NCBI GenBank assembly: GCA_041947025.1 | Contig: JBHGBJ010000005.1 | Span: forward strand, 26,382-90,381 | Direction: 5' to 3' | Source of the DNA: Thermodesulfobacteriota bacterium | GTDB taxonomy: Bacteria; Desulfobacterota; BSN033; UBA1163 | Length of the DNA stretch: 64,000 nt | Part shown: positions 63,281 through 64,000 of the stretch, piece by piece | Layout: the number at the start of each line of letters is the position of its first letter | Position numbering within the stretch: the first letter of the stretch is position 1 | The notes under the pieces: generated by a model | Databases searched by the model: none | What the model saw: only the letters and a program-made list of their open reading frames with translations | Told to the model about the DNA's origin: nothing | Translations under genes and position numbers: made by a program

Positions 63281-63686
63281 GATCAGTTGTCAATGTGAGG
63301 AGACGCAAGATCCATTCCGGCCTTTTGAATGGTTTATCCTGAGGACCCTCATAATACTGTATTTCCTGTGGGGGCGGACCAAGGCAAGGGTTTGAATCTT
63401 CAACAACGTGATCTTGAAGACCTTGAGGAAGCGCAAAGCCTGACATGCTTACCAGAGATCGACAAGGACTTTTCTACTTCCGCAAAATCAAGATTCACCC
63501 CTTCAACGGCTGTTGAAGAGACGATTGTCCTGGTTAACAAGATCTCTCGCTGTTTTGAATCTCTTAGGTAAGGGTTTGTATTGATAAGAGCATCCTTCCG
63601 CATGATTTTTCATAACATATTCTGAAAGCTCAGTCCATCTAATCTACGACCTTTGATACCTCGTGCGAGCATCGTGGCCTGGCAAT

Positions 63687-63707
63687 CGGTCTCCCCGACC
63701 AGTTTTT
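63687..63707 (+). repeat. attR-like direct repeat
   Basis: Exact copy of 53661-53681. It ends 3 nt before the stop codon (63711-63713) of the next minus-strand gene. Confidence 0.85.
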
Positions 63708-63710
63708 ATC

Positions 63711-64000
63711 TTATCCAAAAAGCACCTTCCACCACTTCTCCATCACTTTTTTTCTCAGGACCGGATCCGATTCATTGACCTCCGGGAATTGGTCTCTCCA
63801 TTCATAGGGTCTCGTCGCATCAATGACGACTCTTGAATTGAAGCACTCATCCTTCTTTTTCCACGGAGGGATGATCGGATCAAGAGGAGTGCTCAGGCTT
63901 CTCTTGACAAGGTGGATATCGTTTTCCGGATCGGAACGGGTGCACATAGCCCACAAAACTTCCTGGGTATTTGACGGATCGACATCCTCATCCACGACGA
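63711..64000 (-). CDS. Second UbiD-family decarboxylase, C-terminal end only (N-terminus beyond window)
   Basis: ...DEDVDPSNTQEVLWAMCTRSDPENDIHLV... parallels MVVDPDINIYSTDDLMWALATRVD of the 1196..2740 protein. The frame is open to the window end. Confidence 0.75.
   Translation of the reverse strand, partial: VVDEDVDPSNTQEVLWAMCTRSDPENDIHLVKRSLSTPLDPIIPPWKKKDECFNSRVVIDATRPYEWRDQFPEVNESDPVLRKKVMEKWWKVLFG

Larger units (their letters stand above)
53676..63707 (+). mobile_element. tRNA-Pro-associated genomic (defence) island, apparently integrase-less
   Basis: Bounded by the exact 21-bp repeat. All cargo is on the plus strand, in contrast to the flanks. Contents are nuclease/R-M genes plus decayed remnants. 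No recombinase ORF is seen in six frames. Confidence 0.7.

Overview
Bacterial chromosomal window, roughly 50% GC by eye, densely coded, with most genes on the minus strand. All family calls come from reading motifs in the supplied translations; no searches were run.

Layout:
- (i) 1-9.9 kb: a GntR-linked uptake/catabolic cluster. It holds a family III CoA-transferase (hand-translated, cut by the window edge), a UbiD-family decarboxylase, a fused TctA/TctB permease, two TctC binding proteins, a NicX/M29-fold protein and an SCP2-like protein.
- (ii) 10-12.7 kb: a recombination-scarred Rhs/YD-repeat locus. It has an orphan, frameshifted Rhs C-terminal tip with a short toxin tail, a candidate immunity ORF and FG-GAP/YD fragments.
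- (iii) 12.8-31.7 kb: housekeeping genes (UDG family 4, sppA, scpA, a DHH-CBS-poly(A) polymerase-type fusion, xerD, dut, an M16 peptidase). This stretch includes the long rimP-nusA-ylxR-infB-DUF503-rbfA-truB-rpsO-pnp array, then LapA-like, HIT and HNH genes.
- (iv) 32-40 kb: small proteins, PilZ, DUF4124 and an uncharacterised minus-strand cassette (MoxR-type AAA+ with a Cys-rich insert, then a GXGXG beta-helix protein, then a VWA/MIDAS protein). An HD (SAMHD1/dGTPase-like) gene lies just upstream.
- (v) 40-53.4 kb: housekeeping genes (rpoZ, gmk, yicC, tlyA, dxs, ispA, xseBA, glycerate kinase, queD, folE2, a thymidylate-synthase-like gene, an MFS transporter).
- (vi) 53.6-63.7 kb: a ~10 kb island at tRNA-Pro(CGG), bounded by an exact 21-bp direct repeat. 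It has no integrase. It carries two decayed gene remnants and one five-gene plus-strand operon: DUF2130-like coiled-coil/nuclease-like protein, OLD-family ABC-ATPase/TOPRIM nuclease, type III Mod, RhuM, type III Res.
- (vii) A second UbiD-like gene is cut by the window end.

Best candidates for something new:
- the DUF2130-like + OLD pair fused to the type III R-M operon;
- the MoxR/GXGXG/VWA cassette.

Several REP-like hairpin families, a leader terminator upstream of rimP-nusA and a tandem 13-mer operator candidate are also noted.
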